Shown here: positions 1 to 14,226 of the stretch, in pieces
How the letters are laid out: each line of letters starts with the position of its first letter
How positions within the stretch are numbered: position 1 is the first letter of the stretch
Source: Podospora anserina
Taxonomy: Eukaryota
DNA: 64,000 nt
Reading direction: 5' to 3'
Assembly (NCBI GenBank): GCA_017654855.1
Contig: CM030336.1
Span: 3,162,001-3,226,000 of the forward strand
Program-made: the position numbers and the translations under genes
Notes under the pieces: model-generated
The model's database searches: none
The model's input: only the letters and a program-made list of their open reading frames with translations
What the model was told of the DNA's origin: nothing

Positions 1-437
<437 letters not shown>

Positions 438-2615
438 GGTTGGTGGCAAGTTGAGATGCTGGTTAGATGAATAAACGATATGATCCAGCGGTTGACGCAC
501 CTGTTTCCCATGATGCACGGGGAGGGGTGTAGCAAAATCAGTTGAGCAAACACCCCTGAGTAGCGCCGCCGGCAAGTAGCTTGGCGGTAGCTTGGCTAGT
601 GTACTACTGGGCGTCAGACGGGACAACGGCGGCCGACTGACGCTATCGCGGGGGCTTATCTCTCTTCAACCGTCCGTCTCGATGGTGGCGGCCCATTAGC
701 GCTTTGGGTGGAACACACTGGTGTCAGTTGTTACGCGTCATGTTCCCAGGTTGCAATGTTGCTGGATGAAGACCAAATAGTGCCATGGCATACCCCGTGT
801 AAGGTAGGTAGGTAGTTTCCAGGACGAGATGCACATACGAGTCGCAAAGGACACCTGAAGAGGGGTGCGGAGCTACGTGATTGCAAAGGTAAGGTATATT
901 GGGGCTGTCTGTCGCTCTTTGGAGACGAAATGCAGTCCATTGTGCACGACAAGGGGGGGGTGGCTCCATGGATCAGGAATTCCGATAGCCCTAAAGGACG
1001 CTAGGTCTTGTCTCCTACACCTGCCTTGTTCAAGCAAACCCCCCCCGCAGACGGAATCCAAATACAGTAGGAAACTCGTCTTGCTTGTTGACGGACTCTT
1101 GATGGACCCCTTGCAATCCTTCCCGCGCGATAGCGGTTGCGGGGGACCAGCCAGTGCACCAACCCCTGAGTTGATCCTTCTAGCGTGCTTCGAGAGCAAG
1201 CCCGAAGCTTGATCGCAGCGATTGCTTGAGATGATGTGACACGTCAACCACACGAACCACACCGCGACAGTGTGTAGCATCGCGGGAGGCGCCATTCTCC
1301 GGTACACTCGCTAATTCGGCCTCTCTGCCTGGCCGCTCTGTTTTTGCTACCACACGCAGCACGCTACTGACATGGTCTTTCTATCTTCCAGGTTCTCACC
1401 TTGGACGTTGTGATAGCTTATCATGACCCCTCCGCGGCGAGACAACGTGCGCGAACCGGTTGGTATAGAGAAAGGACGATCCCTCTTCACGATGGGCACT
1501 CGGTGGAGAATTCCCATTGGATTCTGGGTGGAATTGTCACTCTGGCATGTTTCCCCCGATCTGTCTCTTGTGTGGACCCTGCTTTTCTCCAGTCTCCACA
1601 ATAATACTACCCTGCCAATGCGCCCGCATCGATACAGCCAACCATGCTCCTTCTGGTCACCGAAACATGCGAGTAAAAGAGCGGGTTCTGTTAGGTAAAG
1701 AGAGCTACAGATTCAGGTCCCCCCATCGGCTTCCACTCACCCGAGTCAGCATGCATCCTCCACTAGGCGCCGAGACTACCTAGTGTAGATGTAAACATCG
1801 CCAGATCCAGTACGGGCCGTTGAAGCCGCCATGTGCAGAGCGCTAAGAATTGCAACGGTTCCGCACCTCGATAGGGAGTTGCTAATGCCTAGGCATCTAG
1901 ATATGCCGAAGCCCTGAGACACCGTCGCTGATCGCAAACAACACAGCATGCGTTCGACACCAGCCTTCGGTTCCAAAACCTGGGTCAAAAAGCCAAGACC
2001 CTATGAACAGACAACGCCAATGTAGGAAAGCGAAGAATACTACAGCTAACAATATGAATGGCAAGTATGTGCAGTGGAAGGCTGGCGCCGTCAGTGTTGT
2101 ATTCATATCGAGGTGGCTCGATGGTGCCAGACTTTACTGACATCGGGGACTGGGTGGGTAGCATACAACCGCCTCATGTGGCTGCGACCAGTGAGCTGAG
2201 TAGATTGCGTCCGTGTAAACGGCCCTCTAAAGGGCCCGCACGCTTCTGCCAAAAAGAAATACCCGAACCGCGAGGGGACTGTGATGTAACCCTAGCCACG
2301 CCTCGTTCGTCATTCGGCGCATTTCCACAATCAACGGCAATATCGGAATCCCGGTCGGCACTCTGCCCGTGATTCAATCTCAACTCCTCTCAACACCAGG
2401 CGACGCCAGCCAACACTTTGGATATCACCGAATGCTGCACGGTTGACAGCGATGCCGTGAGGAATCATTAAGGACGCGGGCTCGTCGCCATGGCTCTCTC
2501 ACCTAGTCTACCTATCCGAGACCTCTCGCTCATCCCGTCAGATCTCCGCAGCTGCGCAGCCGCCACTACGTCCCCATAGACACTGCTACGACTTTCATCT
2601 CTACCAGCCAACATA

Positions 2616-3887
2616 ATGCATGTTCTTATCGTGGGCGGTGGCTTGGGTGGGCTCAGCCTGGCCCAGACTCTTCGCAAGCAGGGCATCTCGTTCGAGGTCT
2701 TTGAGCGCGACGAGTCTGCGGACAGTCGTTTTCAGGGATGGGCCATCGGAATCCACAGGTGCGCTGTCTCTTCAGAGAGTCCCACGTTTTAGTGCTAAAA
2801 AAACGGGCATAGCATCATCGGGGACTTGAAGGCGTCGTTTCCGGATGACATGCCGGACATGAAGCAAGCGACTGACCATCTCCAACCAATCGATCTCCCA
2901 TGCCAGATTGGCTTGTATTATCCCGGCCGCCAAGGTAGGGTGGGTGTTCAAGATACCCCTGAAAACCCGATCATTCGTGCCGAGAGACTTCGTCTCCGCC
3001 GGTGGCTCTCCACCAATATCGACATTCAGTGGAACAAGCACGTCAAGAGCATCAACCACAACGACCAGGGCGTCCAAGTCTTCTTCCAAGATGGCAGCAG
3101 CGCCAAGGGCGACATTTTGGTCGGAGCGGACGGCATCAACAGCGTGGTCCGCGAGCAACTGCTCCAGACTCCCAGCTCGGCCCTCCTCAAGACGGTCCCC
3201 CTGGCAGCTATCATTGGCGAGGTGACCCTCCACGGCGACGCCTTCAAGCGCCAGCTCGAGCTAGGCCACTCAGCCTACATTTACGTCGCCCCTGACCTCG
3301 GCTGCTGGATGTTTGGCGGTCTGCACCACGCCCTCCCCGACGGCGTCTCCGGCAAACACTACTGGATGCTCATGAAGCCCGATCCCACCGTCGCCGACCC
3401 CAACCACTGGCTTCAGACTGCTACCCAGCAGGAGAAGCTCGATTACGCTTTGGCCCTTGTCGCGAAGCTCCCGCCCAAGTTTAGGGAGATCTACGAGGCC
3501 ACGCCCGCAAGCGGGATCAAGCAGGAGAGTCATGTGTGGAGGGATCTTGAGCTGGAGAGTCTGCCTGCCGGACGGGTCGTTTTGCTTGGTGATGCTGCTC
3601 ATGCCATGACGCCGTTCCGTGGTGAGGGGGGGTATAATGCGCTGATCGACTCCATGAAGCTGGCCAAGATACTGGCAGGCGTGGATGGGAGTGATATTGA
3701 CGCTATCAAGAAGGCAGTAGAGGAGTATAACAAGGAGATGCTTGAGAGGGGCGTGGAGGCTGTTCGTGCTTCGAGGGGTGAACAGAGTGCTCAGAAGACC
3801 AAGAGCGCAAACGCAAAGGTCATGAGTGCTGGGCAGGAGGCGCGGGTTTTGCCGGAAAGGGAGATTGTTTTGACGGCCAGGGGCTGA
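2616..3887 (+). CDS. FAD-dependent monooxygenase (aromatic hydroxylase-like)
   Basis: ATG at 2616 gives MHVLIVGGGLGGLSLAQ (GxGxxG). LVGADG and VVLLGDAAHAMTPFRGEGG motifs follow. One intron at ~2759-2811. Confidence 0.9.
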
Positions 3888-4906
3888 TTGAGGGTGCTTT
3901 GTGTACATGACGTCACTGATGGGAGTGCTAGAATTAAGGGGTTGGAAATATTGAATGGGAATTGTTTGACATCTCTTTGTTTATTACGACTCCTTGAGTA
4001 GTTTTCGGGCAACCCTTAGGACCGAGTGCTCTTTAATTCCATTGCTCACAGCTAGGTTTTGATGTTCCAGACCTTGATCCGACGAAGAAAAAGGGAGGAT
4101 TGAGAACAAACAAACAGTTTTACAATCTCTTGTTCTTCTAAGATCTATGTTACCAAATCTAGACCTTCAAATCCCCCCACCAGCGAGAATGAACGTGGCA
4201 CCACGCCAGCAATGTTGAAGCAACACCCACGAGTTGCTACGGTAAGAGCACATTTGCAGTCAGTTATGAAGTCTCTACTTCCTGGCAATGGTTGAGCGCA
4301 GTGTTATCCACGGCATTGCCCAGTGGTGGCATTCCAGGTCGCTAAAACGCATGTCTCCAGGTTATGCAATAATAGTAGGCCTTACAAGGGACGGCAATGT
4401 GTAAGCCAGAATGCGTTCCCATCGGTCGTGGCCACATCTCCTATGTGGCCCGGCTATCAGGTCGACTCTGATACTTCCTCCCACTTCCTTGTGATCGACC
4501 GCAGGGTCTGTTTTTTTCCTTTTGTTGTTCTGGTTTTCTTTTTTCCTTTTTTTTTGTTTTGGGCAACGGTATACGAACACACACAACACACGCAGAAACA
4601 GAGGAAGACGCACCGACCGACCGACTCAATCGATTAGCTGACCTTGATAGATGGGTCGCCAATGTCGCCGAAGTGTAAAACCACCGATAACACCTTGCGT
4701 AACAAAGCACCGAATTACCTAGTTCCAACAGCCAGACGAGGATTAAGCAAAGTAATGTGGTACGATCGCAACTTCAGTCAGTCTCGGTGACCTTATCGTC
4801 AACACGTCGTTTCCAGCACATAAAGGAGATTTCGAGCTGACGTTCCCGTCTTGATCCACAGTATCAACACCGCAATCTTGAAACTGAATCGGCTGCCAAC
4901 ATCACA

Positions 4907-5968
4907 ATGCCCTCCGCCGACCTCATCCTCCCCCTCATCGACCTCGCCCCTTACCTCTCCCCAGACGCCACCACGTCATCCAAAGCAACAGTCATTGCCC
5001 AAGTCCGCGCTGCCGTCGCCGAGTTTGGCTTCTTCCAAGTCATCAACCATGGAATCCCCATCGCCTCCCAACACGCCCTGATTGAGGCGATCCGCACTCT
5101 TATGAGAATCCCCAAGGAAGACAAACTGGCCATGAGCTTCCTCAAAAATCCCTGCCGTCGGGGGTACGAGGGGTCAGGGGATACCTTCCGGACTGGAGAC
5201 AAGATGCACGACGCCAAAGAAGTCAGTCCACCCTTTCCAACTCCCTCCTTCTTCCACACGCTTTGTTGACACGGAAAAAAAAAGGCATTCTACATTGGCC
5301 GTCCCTCCGAAAAGATTGAGCCTCCTGGGTTCCACGGCCCAAACATTTGGCCTTCGCCTGAGCTGGTCCCCGAGGCCGAGTTCCGCGACCCGGTCTGGTC
5401 GTACTATCAGGAGACGAACCGTCTGGGCAGGGAGATCTGGCAGCTTCTCATCCAGGGACTTGGTCACCCGGGGGAGCTGCTCTCCCAGTTCACCAAGAAG
5501 CCTGTCGTGATGATGAAGATGATTCGGTATCCTCCCTTTTCGTCTACCTTGCCGGGCCAGTTCGGTGTAGGTGCCCACACCGATTTTGGGGGCGTCACAG
5601 TTCTCCTGCAAGAGGCTGGACGAAATGGGCTGGAGGTCGAGCACAAGGGGGAGTGGATTCCTGTGCCTGCGCTGGAGAATGTTTTGGTGATCAACGCTGG
5701 TGATATGATTGCTGGCTGGTCCGGGGGCGTGTACCAGAGTGCGAAGCACAGGGTTATCAACAAGGGTGAGGAAGAGAGGATCAGCTGTGCGACGTTCTGG
5801 CACGGGGACTTGGATGCCACGAACCCGTTTATTGATGGCAAGGGAGAGGGCGCGGCCGGGGATGAGACGGTGGCTGATTTGCTGGTCAAGAGGTTTAGGA
5901 GCCAGTTTAGCTTGATGAAGGGGAAGAAGACCGAAGAGGTGGTGAGGGGAGAAGTGTTTGCTCATTGA
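4907..5968 (+). CDS. 2-oxoglutarate/Fe(II)-dependent dioxygenase (DIOX_N + 2OG-FeII_Oxy)
   Basis: LPLIDL...GFFQVINHGIP, the HxD motif AHTDFG, HRV and RIS. Intron at ~5223-5284. Confidence 0.92.
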
Positions 5969-6265
5969 GTGGAGAAGGCCGAATTACTGGGCGAGGTTGA
6001 GGGTTCCAAGGAAAGGGACATGTTTAAGTTAATAAAGACGTTTTATGACATTTCAACGAAAAAGGAGCTTGCATCATTCAATCAGTGAAGGCCAAAGAAA
6101 GTCTAATGAAGAACCTTTGATGAAGGGGAAGACACCCTGCATTGTTGAGATGAATGAATCTCCCACCACTCAAGTGATCCCATTCGCTCTGTGATTCGAG
6201 GATATGCAGTGGAGCTTTGGAAGAAGAGAGAGCCTTTATGGAATACCCTGTAAAGCATATTTAAT

Positions 6266-6416
6266 GAGCTTTAAAAGATAGTTAAGAGGCCTTAAAAGTT
6301 ACACCAAAGGCCCTAAAAGAGAGTTAACAGGCTTTAAAGGATAGGTAAGAGGCGTGAAGAAAAATGTAAGCCTTAAGAGATGATTTAAAGGCCTTAGATG
6401 ATAATTTAAACGTCTT
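6266..6416. repeat. Degenerate 21-bp-period minisatellite (AGGCCT-core family), copy 1
   Basis: Consecutive 21-mers aggccttaaaagttacaccaa / aggccctaaaagagagttaac / aggctttaaaggataggtaag, and further degenerate units. Confidence 0.75.
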
Positions 6417-6631
6417 CTACTATGTTATAGGGAGGGGGGCGCTGGTAAGATAACAAGGGGGCTCCGTAAAGGTTCGCCCCAAGTAAAAGCACCCTGTTTG
6501 AGCCGGGTGTTTGGAGGTGACACCAGGTCAAAATTTACCCAAAAGAATACATACATCAAGGTGAAATAACGCTGCTAAATATACCATCATACCCACAAAG
6601 TTCCACAGAGATCCTTGCCACCAATACGTCA

Positions 6632-7850
6632 TCACACCACGGAATACACCATTTTCTGACCTGACAACGATTGACTCCGGATGATATCAACTCCCTTCAT
6701 GACCCCCTCCCACCCACCGGGCATCACCTTGATTGGATGAGCTTGAATCTTACCGCCGTCCAGTAAGTTTTGCACAGCAGCGAATGCCTGAGCGCCAAAC
6801 CTTCTATCCTCCGGAGTTGCCTCTCGTCCATATTCACCCTCCAAACCCACCTTGATTCCGAAGATGCTGAGAACCATCACCCACGACGGCTCAATCGTCA
6901 GAGCCCGCGTCTGCGCTACAGTATCTCTGAACGGTTCAAGAGAAACATAGCGACCGCCAGCACGCCCGATTGATTCGAAGCAAAGCTTGGTAGTGTCGGC
7001 CTGTGAGACGCAGTCGAGAGCATACTCGAGCTCGTTGAGGGTGTACTCGCGGATCTCTTGAGCACATGTTGGGGAGTGGTAGTCAAAGACCTTTTCGGCA
7101 CCGAACCGTTCAACAAGGGCAAAGTTGGAAGGGGAGCATGATGCGATTGGTCTGAGGCCGGCACTAGTGAAAGGAAGAGGAATGGTCAGCGGAGACTCCA
7201 AAGAGATGATGGGGACCGAACTTACTTTTTCAGAAGTTGAATGGCTCTGGTTCCAGACGCCGTGCTGCCTCCAGCAACAAGAACAAATTCTCCTTGCTTT
7301 GGCTCACCTCTGCGGAGGTCGTCCAGAGTGGCAGGTACACGAAGTCTGTCAAACAACGATAGCGTTGCGGTGGCAACACCGGTTCCCAAGCTAGCACCCT
7401 CCTCGAAGCTCATGTCGTCGGGAAGTCTGAGTAAAAGATCCGCCATTGCTCCCACGTATTGAGAGAACCCCCCAATGGTTTTGACGTTTGAATTGCCGCC
7501 AAAAACCATGCCGGCGACCCTATCCCCGACTGAGAGATGCGCAGGAGCGTCTTTCCCGAGGGCAACAATGGTGCCTGCAAAGTCATAACCATGAATAGCT
7601 CCCTGAGCTGGGCTGTAATCGAGCATCTTGGCATCTGCTGGGTTGATCGCCACCGCGGCCGTTTTCACTGCCAAGGTTAGATTACGGTGGGTATGGGAGA
7701 GGAGGCGACGAGGGTAAACAAACCGATTGCCATGTCGGGTGCGAGCGTCGGCACTGCGACATCGTGCTGAATGGCGAGTTTCCCAGGTCCCTGAGCAATA
7801 ATCGCCGTCTGTGTCCTTGGGAGGGAGAGCTCTGCGTTCAACGAGGGCAT
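6632..7850 (-). CDS. Trans-acting enoyl reductase (LovC-like, MDR superfamily)
   Basis: MPSLNAELSLPRTQTAII..., AVAINPADAK, GYDFAG, VLVAGGSTASGTRAIQLLK, FGAEKVFDY, and C-terminal SGQKMVY. Two introns. Confidence 0.9.
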
Positions 7851-8366
7851 GATTGTGAGTGTTGGTTAGGTGGAATGAAGTTGGATCAAAGGGGTGGGGT
7901 AGATAATTAAATTGTCCAGATTATCAGCTTTCAAGATGTCAACAACCCGTTGCAACAATGCCGTCAGACGCCTTGCTTTAAACTGGTGTTCCACAGCATG
8001 TTAACCGTTAACCAGATCGGGTGAACCAGACTATCGGGCCTGTCCTGCCGCCGCATTTGCGCTGTCTCGGCGCATTGCACGAGGCAAAATCACCGAACAC
8101 AACGCCGAACAGAAGGGCCCGAAATATTTATCAATCAACCGCCGAGCCAAGACTTCACTCTCAACCGCCGAATTTCGATGGCTCCATCGAATCTGCGGTG
8201 ATGTTGCTTACCTATTTCTGCAGAGACCCACCGCAGCAGGATGGTCCTCGGCGGTGACGGGAATCTAGCATATCCTCCAGCACCCAATTTCCAGCAGCGG
8301 CTTGAACTATCATAGCCTTTCAGAATAACAGAATCATTTCTGTTCATTCTGGCAATCCAAACACCA

Positions 8367-11300
8367 ATGGCGGCAACCGAAATCCTAACCTGCCCCGTTG
8401 CAGTCGACAAGGAGGCCAACCTGACTCTCTGCCCAGCTCTGTACCCAGGCCAAGCACTCGACACACCCAAGAACCCCCAAAAGATCGAAGAAGCGGAAAT
8501 TATCGACCACTCCAAGCTCCTCAAAATTCCGTCTCCAAAGCATGGCCATTACTTCGGCCTGCTGGGTCACGCCCCAGATCTCGACCCTGACCTGCCTGTC
8601 AAGTCGTTCTGGAAGCTGATGGACCAGTATGGAGAGATATTCCAGCTTGACCTCGGGATGGCCTACCCCCGGGTGTTTGTCGGTAGCCGAGAGCTGGTCA
8701 ACGAGATGGCGGATGACGAACGGTTCAGCAAGTTTACTCATCGACTGCACAAGGAGATGAGACCGGTGTTTGGGGATGGTTTGTTTTCTGCCGAGTCAAC
8801 GGACAAGGCTTGGTGGAAGGCTCATAGGCTGCTGGTGCCGATCTTTGGTGAGTTTGTCAAAGTCTTTGATGGGGTTGGGGCTAACATCGGAAAGGATCGC
8901 TGGGGTTGAGCAAGATGTTTGATGACATGTAAGTTTCCTGTGCAGCTTGATATTTTTGGGTGACCTCTTTCTAATTTCTTCATCCCAACAGGCAAGATCT
9001 TTCGGCGCAGCTTGTGATGAAGTGGGACAGATTTGGCCCAGATCACGAAATCGAATGCATCGACGACATGGCGAGACTGGCATTCGACACCGTTGGGCTC
9101 TGTGCTTTCGGTTACCGGTTCAACGAGTTCTACACTGCGGATCATCACCCTTTCATGACCCAGCTCAAGGAAGCCATTGTCGAATCGGGGAGGCGAGCGA
9201 ATAGGCCAGAGATCCTCAATCAGTTCTACTGTAAGTATGGCCCGTCAGAGAAACTCTAGCAGACCCATGCTAATCCCGTCATTCAGACAAAGAGGAACAG
9301 CACCGTCAGGAGAATATCGCCAAGATGAAGGAGCTGTGCAAGAAGATCATCCAAGACCGGATTGACAACCCAAAGTCAGAGGCAAATGATCTGCTCAATC
9401 TGATGATCCACGGCGTTGATAGGGAGACGGGAGAGAAGCTCACGCGAGAGAATATCGAGTACCAGATCCCAACCTTCCTAGGCGCTGGGTGAGTCTGCAA
9501 TATATCGACCAATCCTTTGACAGACATGTACTGACAGCTTCTATTAGATACGAGACAACCTCGGCAACCTTGAGCTTTATCTACTACCTTTTGTGTACGT
9601 ACCCGGAGACCATGGCCAAGGCCCAGCAGGAGGTGGACGAGGTTGTCGGTGACAAGGTTCTCACATACGAGATGCTGCCCAAGTTGAAATACCTCGATGC
9701 GTGCATCAAGGAAGCGTTGTAAGAAAACCCCCCCTTACACTCTGTCCCATATTGCTTCAACTAACCCACTTCGAGACGTATCCAGCACCCCAGCAGTTTG
9801 CTCACGAGGTTTGCAGTCAAGGATACAGTCTTGGGAGGAAAGTACTTTGTCAGAAAGGGTCAGATGGTGTCGGGCGTCTGGAGGCATTTCCATAGAGACC
9901 CCGTCGTCTGGGGTGCTGATTCAGATGAGTTCAAACCGGAAAGGATGCTGGACAGGAATTTCCAGGCGTTACCACCTAATTCCTGGAAGCCGGTGAGTCG
10001 GAGCCATGTTCCCGGTAACGGTACAATACTGACATTACAACCTTTTCAGTTCGGCGATGGTCAGCGAGCGTGCATTGGACGTGGATTTGCGGAGCAAGAA
10101 ATTCTCATTAATGTAGCCATGGTCCTACAAAGATTTGACGTTGAAAAGGCAGACCCCAACTACATTTTGGAGCTCAAAGTGCGTATTGTTGTCCTTTCCA
10201 ACCTGGCTTCTTGGGCTTGTCTATTTTCTCTCTTTCTTCTACTCAAAGAGGTGATTAGCTGGCTAACCTGAAAACAGGGTCAAATGGCTTTGAAATGTAT
10301 TGACTTCAAGATACGAGCGAAAAGGCGGTCAGGAAAATCTTCCTTGAGTGGTATCCCTGGCGGCGGCTCCCAGCCAAAGACGGCTGCCACCAAGACAAGA
10401 CAAAACGTTACACCACAAACCGACAGCAACACTCCCAAAAAATCCATCACCGTTTTGTTTGGCGGCAACATGGGGACCGCCGAGAGTCTGATGCAATCGC
10501 TTTCGCGCATCGCCCCCGACTTTGGGCTCGCGGTTGACGATGTGAGGACGCTGGACTCTGCCACTGACAGTCTGCCCACGGATCGGCCCTGTATCATCAT
10601 CACACCCTCCTACGACGGACGACCTCCGGATAACGCCAAGAAGTTTGTCAAGTGGCTTGAGCAACTTTCTAGCAATGGCACCAAGCTCTCAGGCGTCAAA
10701 TATGCTGTTTTCGCATTAGGTAATTCCGATTGGGTGAATACCTTCTACAAGATTCCTAAGCTCATTGACTACACGCTTGAGAGCCTCGGTGCCGAGCGCC
10801 TCGTCGAAACAGGTTATGGAAACGTGAAGCAAGACCTTGTTGGACCGTGGGAAACCTGGGAAGAAGAGCTGTGCTTGGCCCTCTCAGGAGTGTCGGCTGG
10901 CAAAGCCCACAAGGCACAGGCAGGCGTCGAAGTGAGCATCGAACGCCATAACCTCAAGACTCTTCCCAGAGTTCTAGGCGGTGATCAAATGGGCGTTGGG
11001 ACCATTGCCGCCATTCGCCAACTGGCTGATACCTCGGTGGGACCAGCGAAATACCACGTCGACGTCCGTCTTCCTCCTGGCTGCCACTACCGAGCGGGAG
11101 ACTACCTCGTTGTTCAAGGCCGCAACTCCACCGAATCCGTTCACCGAACCATTGCCCGTTTCAGTCTCAGCCCAGCAGACACCATGACAGTTCAATCCTC
11201 CAAGAAGGATTTCCTACCATCCCAACCAATGGCAATAGAGCACTTTTTAAGACAACGTGTCGAGCTCGCCGCACCCATCACCAAACGCCAGCTCCTCACG

Positions 11301-12167
11301 CTCTCCCTCCACGCGGAAGATTCCTCCCCGGAGAAAGCCCATCTTCTCAACCTCACCCAGGACTCCGCCTATGAAGACCTGCTCACAAACCGGCACTCTG
11401 TCCTCGATGTTCTCAGCACTATCCCTACCTTGGCCCTCCCTTTTGGAGTCTTTATCGATCTCCTCCCTCCCCTTGCACCGAGGGTGTACAGCATTTCGTC
11501 ATCTCCCCTCTCCCCGTCCTCGGGAACACTCCAGTCTGGCCTCGTCGCATCCATCACGTTTGACCTGTTCCAATCCCCTGCCTTGAGCAGTCACGGAACA
11601 TTCAACGGCGTCGCCTCATCCTACCTCTCCTCCCGCAAGATAGGGGATGAGATATCTTGTCTTGTCCGTCCCACAACACTGCCGTTTCAGCTCCCAAAAG
11701 ACATCTCCAAACCAATCGTCATGGTTGCGGCAGGCAGCGGGATTGCCCCCATGAGGGGTCTTCTCCAAGAGCGAGCCGAGCTGATGAAGCAAGGTGGGGA
11801 GTTCGGCGAGGCGGTCCTCTTCTTTGGGTGTAGGGATGAGGAAAAGGATTATTTGTACAAGGAGGAGCTGGAAAGGTGGGAGAGAGGGGGGCTGGTCAGG
11901 GTCGTGGCGTGTTTTTCTCGGCCGGGAGGGAAGAAGGGGAGGTATGTCACTGATGCTTTGTGGGAAGAACGGGATAGGATGTGGGAAGTGGTTGAGAAGG
12001 GGGGCAGGATTTTCACTTGTGGGAGTGCTGCTAGACTTGGGAGGAGTGCCGGGGAGGTTTGGAGGAGGATTTGGGAGGAGAAGTCGGGACAGGGGGGGGA
12101 GAGAGAGGGAGAGGAGTGGTTGGAGGGGATCAAGGGAGATGGGAGGTATGTTTGTGATGTTTACTGA
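8367..12167 (+). CDS. Self-sufficient cytochrome P450/NADPH-P450 reductase fusion (CYP505 clan)
   Basis: GDGLFSA, I-helix AG|YETT, KEAL|R, FKPER and heme motif FGDGQRACIG. These are followed by a flavodoxin domain (LFGGNMGTAE, SYDGRPPDNA, GNSDW) and an FNR domain (RVYSISSS, AAGSGIAPMRG, FFGCR). Multiple introns. Confidence 0.93.
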
Positions 12168-13329
12168 GGGTTTGTTTTTCGCAGTGATTTCACGTATGGT
12201 AGGTATTTAGCCAAGTATGGTTCTGAGGTAATATAGAGTGGAATTGAACGGTAAACGTGAAGCAAGAGCCCAACTGCGTTTGACCATGCCTGGCGTGATA
12301 TGACGCAGTTCTTGGAGGGCTTTAGCATGTGAGCCTACCTGCATATAGAGGTCCATCTTGGCTTTCTGCAATTTGTGGAATATTGCGGTGCCGGTAAATA
12401 GAGCAAGGTCTGAGATGCCTGTGGGAGCGGACACCCACTACGGGTTTTATAGGGAACAGCGAAAAGGTGGTCTGTACCCAAGGGCGCAACTGCTTGGTTC
12501 ATAAGCAGGTTTGCTCTCTCTAAGAAAACACAGGCCCGGGTAGCACAATTGGTGATTCGCTCTGCTTGGACTTAGACCAGAAATCAGTTTAACGACTGAC
12601 AATGGTGTCCGAGAAGGTTCTGAGTTCGTCTCACCTCCAACAGTCAGATTACCTATCCCCTCTCCAAGATAGTAAGAGATTGCCCAGTTCGACTCTGGGA
12701 CATGGCGCATTTTTTTCCTTTATAAAAAGCTGTTACCTATATGTGGTTTGGAGTAAGTCAGATCAAGTACGCGGTAACTTTCCAGTTTCATTTCTTCTGT
12801 TCCTTTAGTTTTTAAGCACCTTCGAGGTGACGTTCTGCAATCCAATCAAAGTCTCCGGGTCGTCTTGACGTCATTTTCAAAGGGGAAGGGGGGATGAAGC
12901 ATGCTGCCGTCAAACCACGCCCCAGAGCCATTGTAGTTTTGGCCAAACACCTTGTCGTCATCCCAGCTCGCGGAAGATTTAGTCATCATCAGCAATGGGG
13001 TGTAAAGTATGCAAGGTACGTAGCTGCACTTCCGGCTTTGATTGATTAATGGAGATACACCCAAGGTAGGTGCACGACCTCGGACCGATGGTGGGAACGG
13101 CCCAAGTCCGACTAAATGCCTCGCGAATTAGGTAGGACGGACTTAGGAGTTAACAAGGACTTAACCATCTACATGGAACCGGGTGGTGGCAATCATTAAA
13201 TAGCTGCCAAGCTCTCAATCGACAGTCTTCAATTCATTGTCTGATGTTACGAATACCGCATTCCGGTGCCGTCGTCACCCGCCTACTTTGCAAGTTCTCT
13301 GCCTTTGTACCGGTCAAACCTCCCACCTC

Positions 13330-14226
13330 ATGGCCACCTCATCTCCTCGGACGACGAATGTCTGGGAGGTTGTCGACTTTGTGGGAACTCATCACGACAC
13401 GTACGCGGCAATCTCCCCGGCCGATGCGGACTTGTCTGGAAAATCGGTTCTCATCACGGGCGCCTCCAGGGGAATTGGCATGGCAACCGGCATTCGCTTT
13501 GCCGCGGCTGGATGTTCCAAGATTGCTCTGGTAGCCCGCTCTTCTCTTCGTCAGGCCGAGCAAGAGATCAAAGCTGCTGCTGTTGCCGCAGGCCGAGAGG
13601 AACCTCTCGTCCTTACCCTGAACATGGATGTGACCGTGGAGGAGTCGGTCACTGAAGCTGTGGATAAGGTATCCAAGGCATTTGGAGGAAGTCTGGATGT
13701 CCTGATCGCCAACGCGGGCTACCTGCCAGAATGGAGACCCGTTGTGGAGTCTGATCCGACGGAATGGTGGAAGACTTGGGAGATCAACATAAAGGGGACC
13801 TATCTTTGTGCGAAGTCTTTTATCCCCCTGCTGTTGGAGTCGTCCATCAAGACTTTCATCACCGTCTCCTCTGCTGGAGCAAACGCACTGTTCTACGGAG
13901 CCTCAGCATACCAGACCACCAAATTTGCAACCCTAAGGTTCACCGAGTTCATCGACCAGGAGTACCACGACAAAGGCCTGATTGCTATTGCGATTCACCC
14001 AGGAGCGGTCAAAACAGAACTGGCATTGAATATGCCCGAGGAGCATCATACCATCCTCCAGGACACGCCCGAGTTACCTGCCGACGCCATGGTATGGCTT
14101 GCCAAGGAACGCAGAGAGTGGCTTGCGGGCCGATTCTTCAACTGCTGCTGGGATGTCGATGAATTGGAAAATCGGAAAGATGAGATCATAAGCCGTGACT
14201 TGCTGAAATTTAGACTTACTATCTGA
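13330..14226 (+). CDS. Short-chain dehydrogenase/reductase
   Basis: TGASRGIG, ANAG, YQTTK (YxxxK) and IHPGAVKT. Intronless. Confidence 0.92.
   Translation: MATSSPRTTNVWEVVDFVGTHHDTYAAISPADADLSGKSVLITGASRGIGMATGIRFAAAGCSKIALVARSSLRQAEQEIKAAAVAAGREEPLVLTLNMDVTVEESVTEAVDKVSKAFGGSLDVLIANAGYLPEWRPVVESDPTEWWKTWEINIKGTYLCAKSFIPLLLESSIKTFITVSSAGANALFYGASAYQTTKFATLRFTEFIDQEYHDKGLIAIAIHPGAVKTELALNMPEEHHTILQDTPELPADAMVWLAKERREWLAGRFFNCCWDVDELENRKDEIISRDLLKFRLTI

Noticed and set aside
438-2600. Numerous short ORFs between the xylanase and the monooxygenase
   Set aside because: No recognisable motifs or consistent exon structure; treated as intergenic.
3270-3908. Long antisense ORFs overlapping real genes (also 5174-5965, 43212-44009, 61596-62336, 63134-63943)
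   Set aside because: These are shadow frames caused by codon bias of the genes on the opposite strand.
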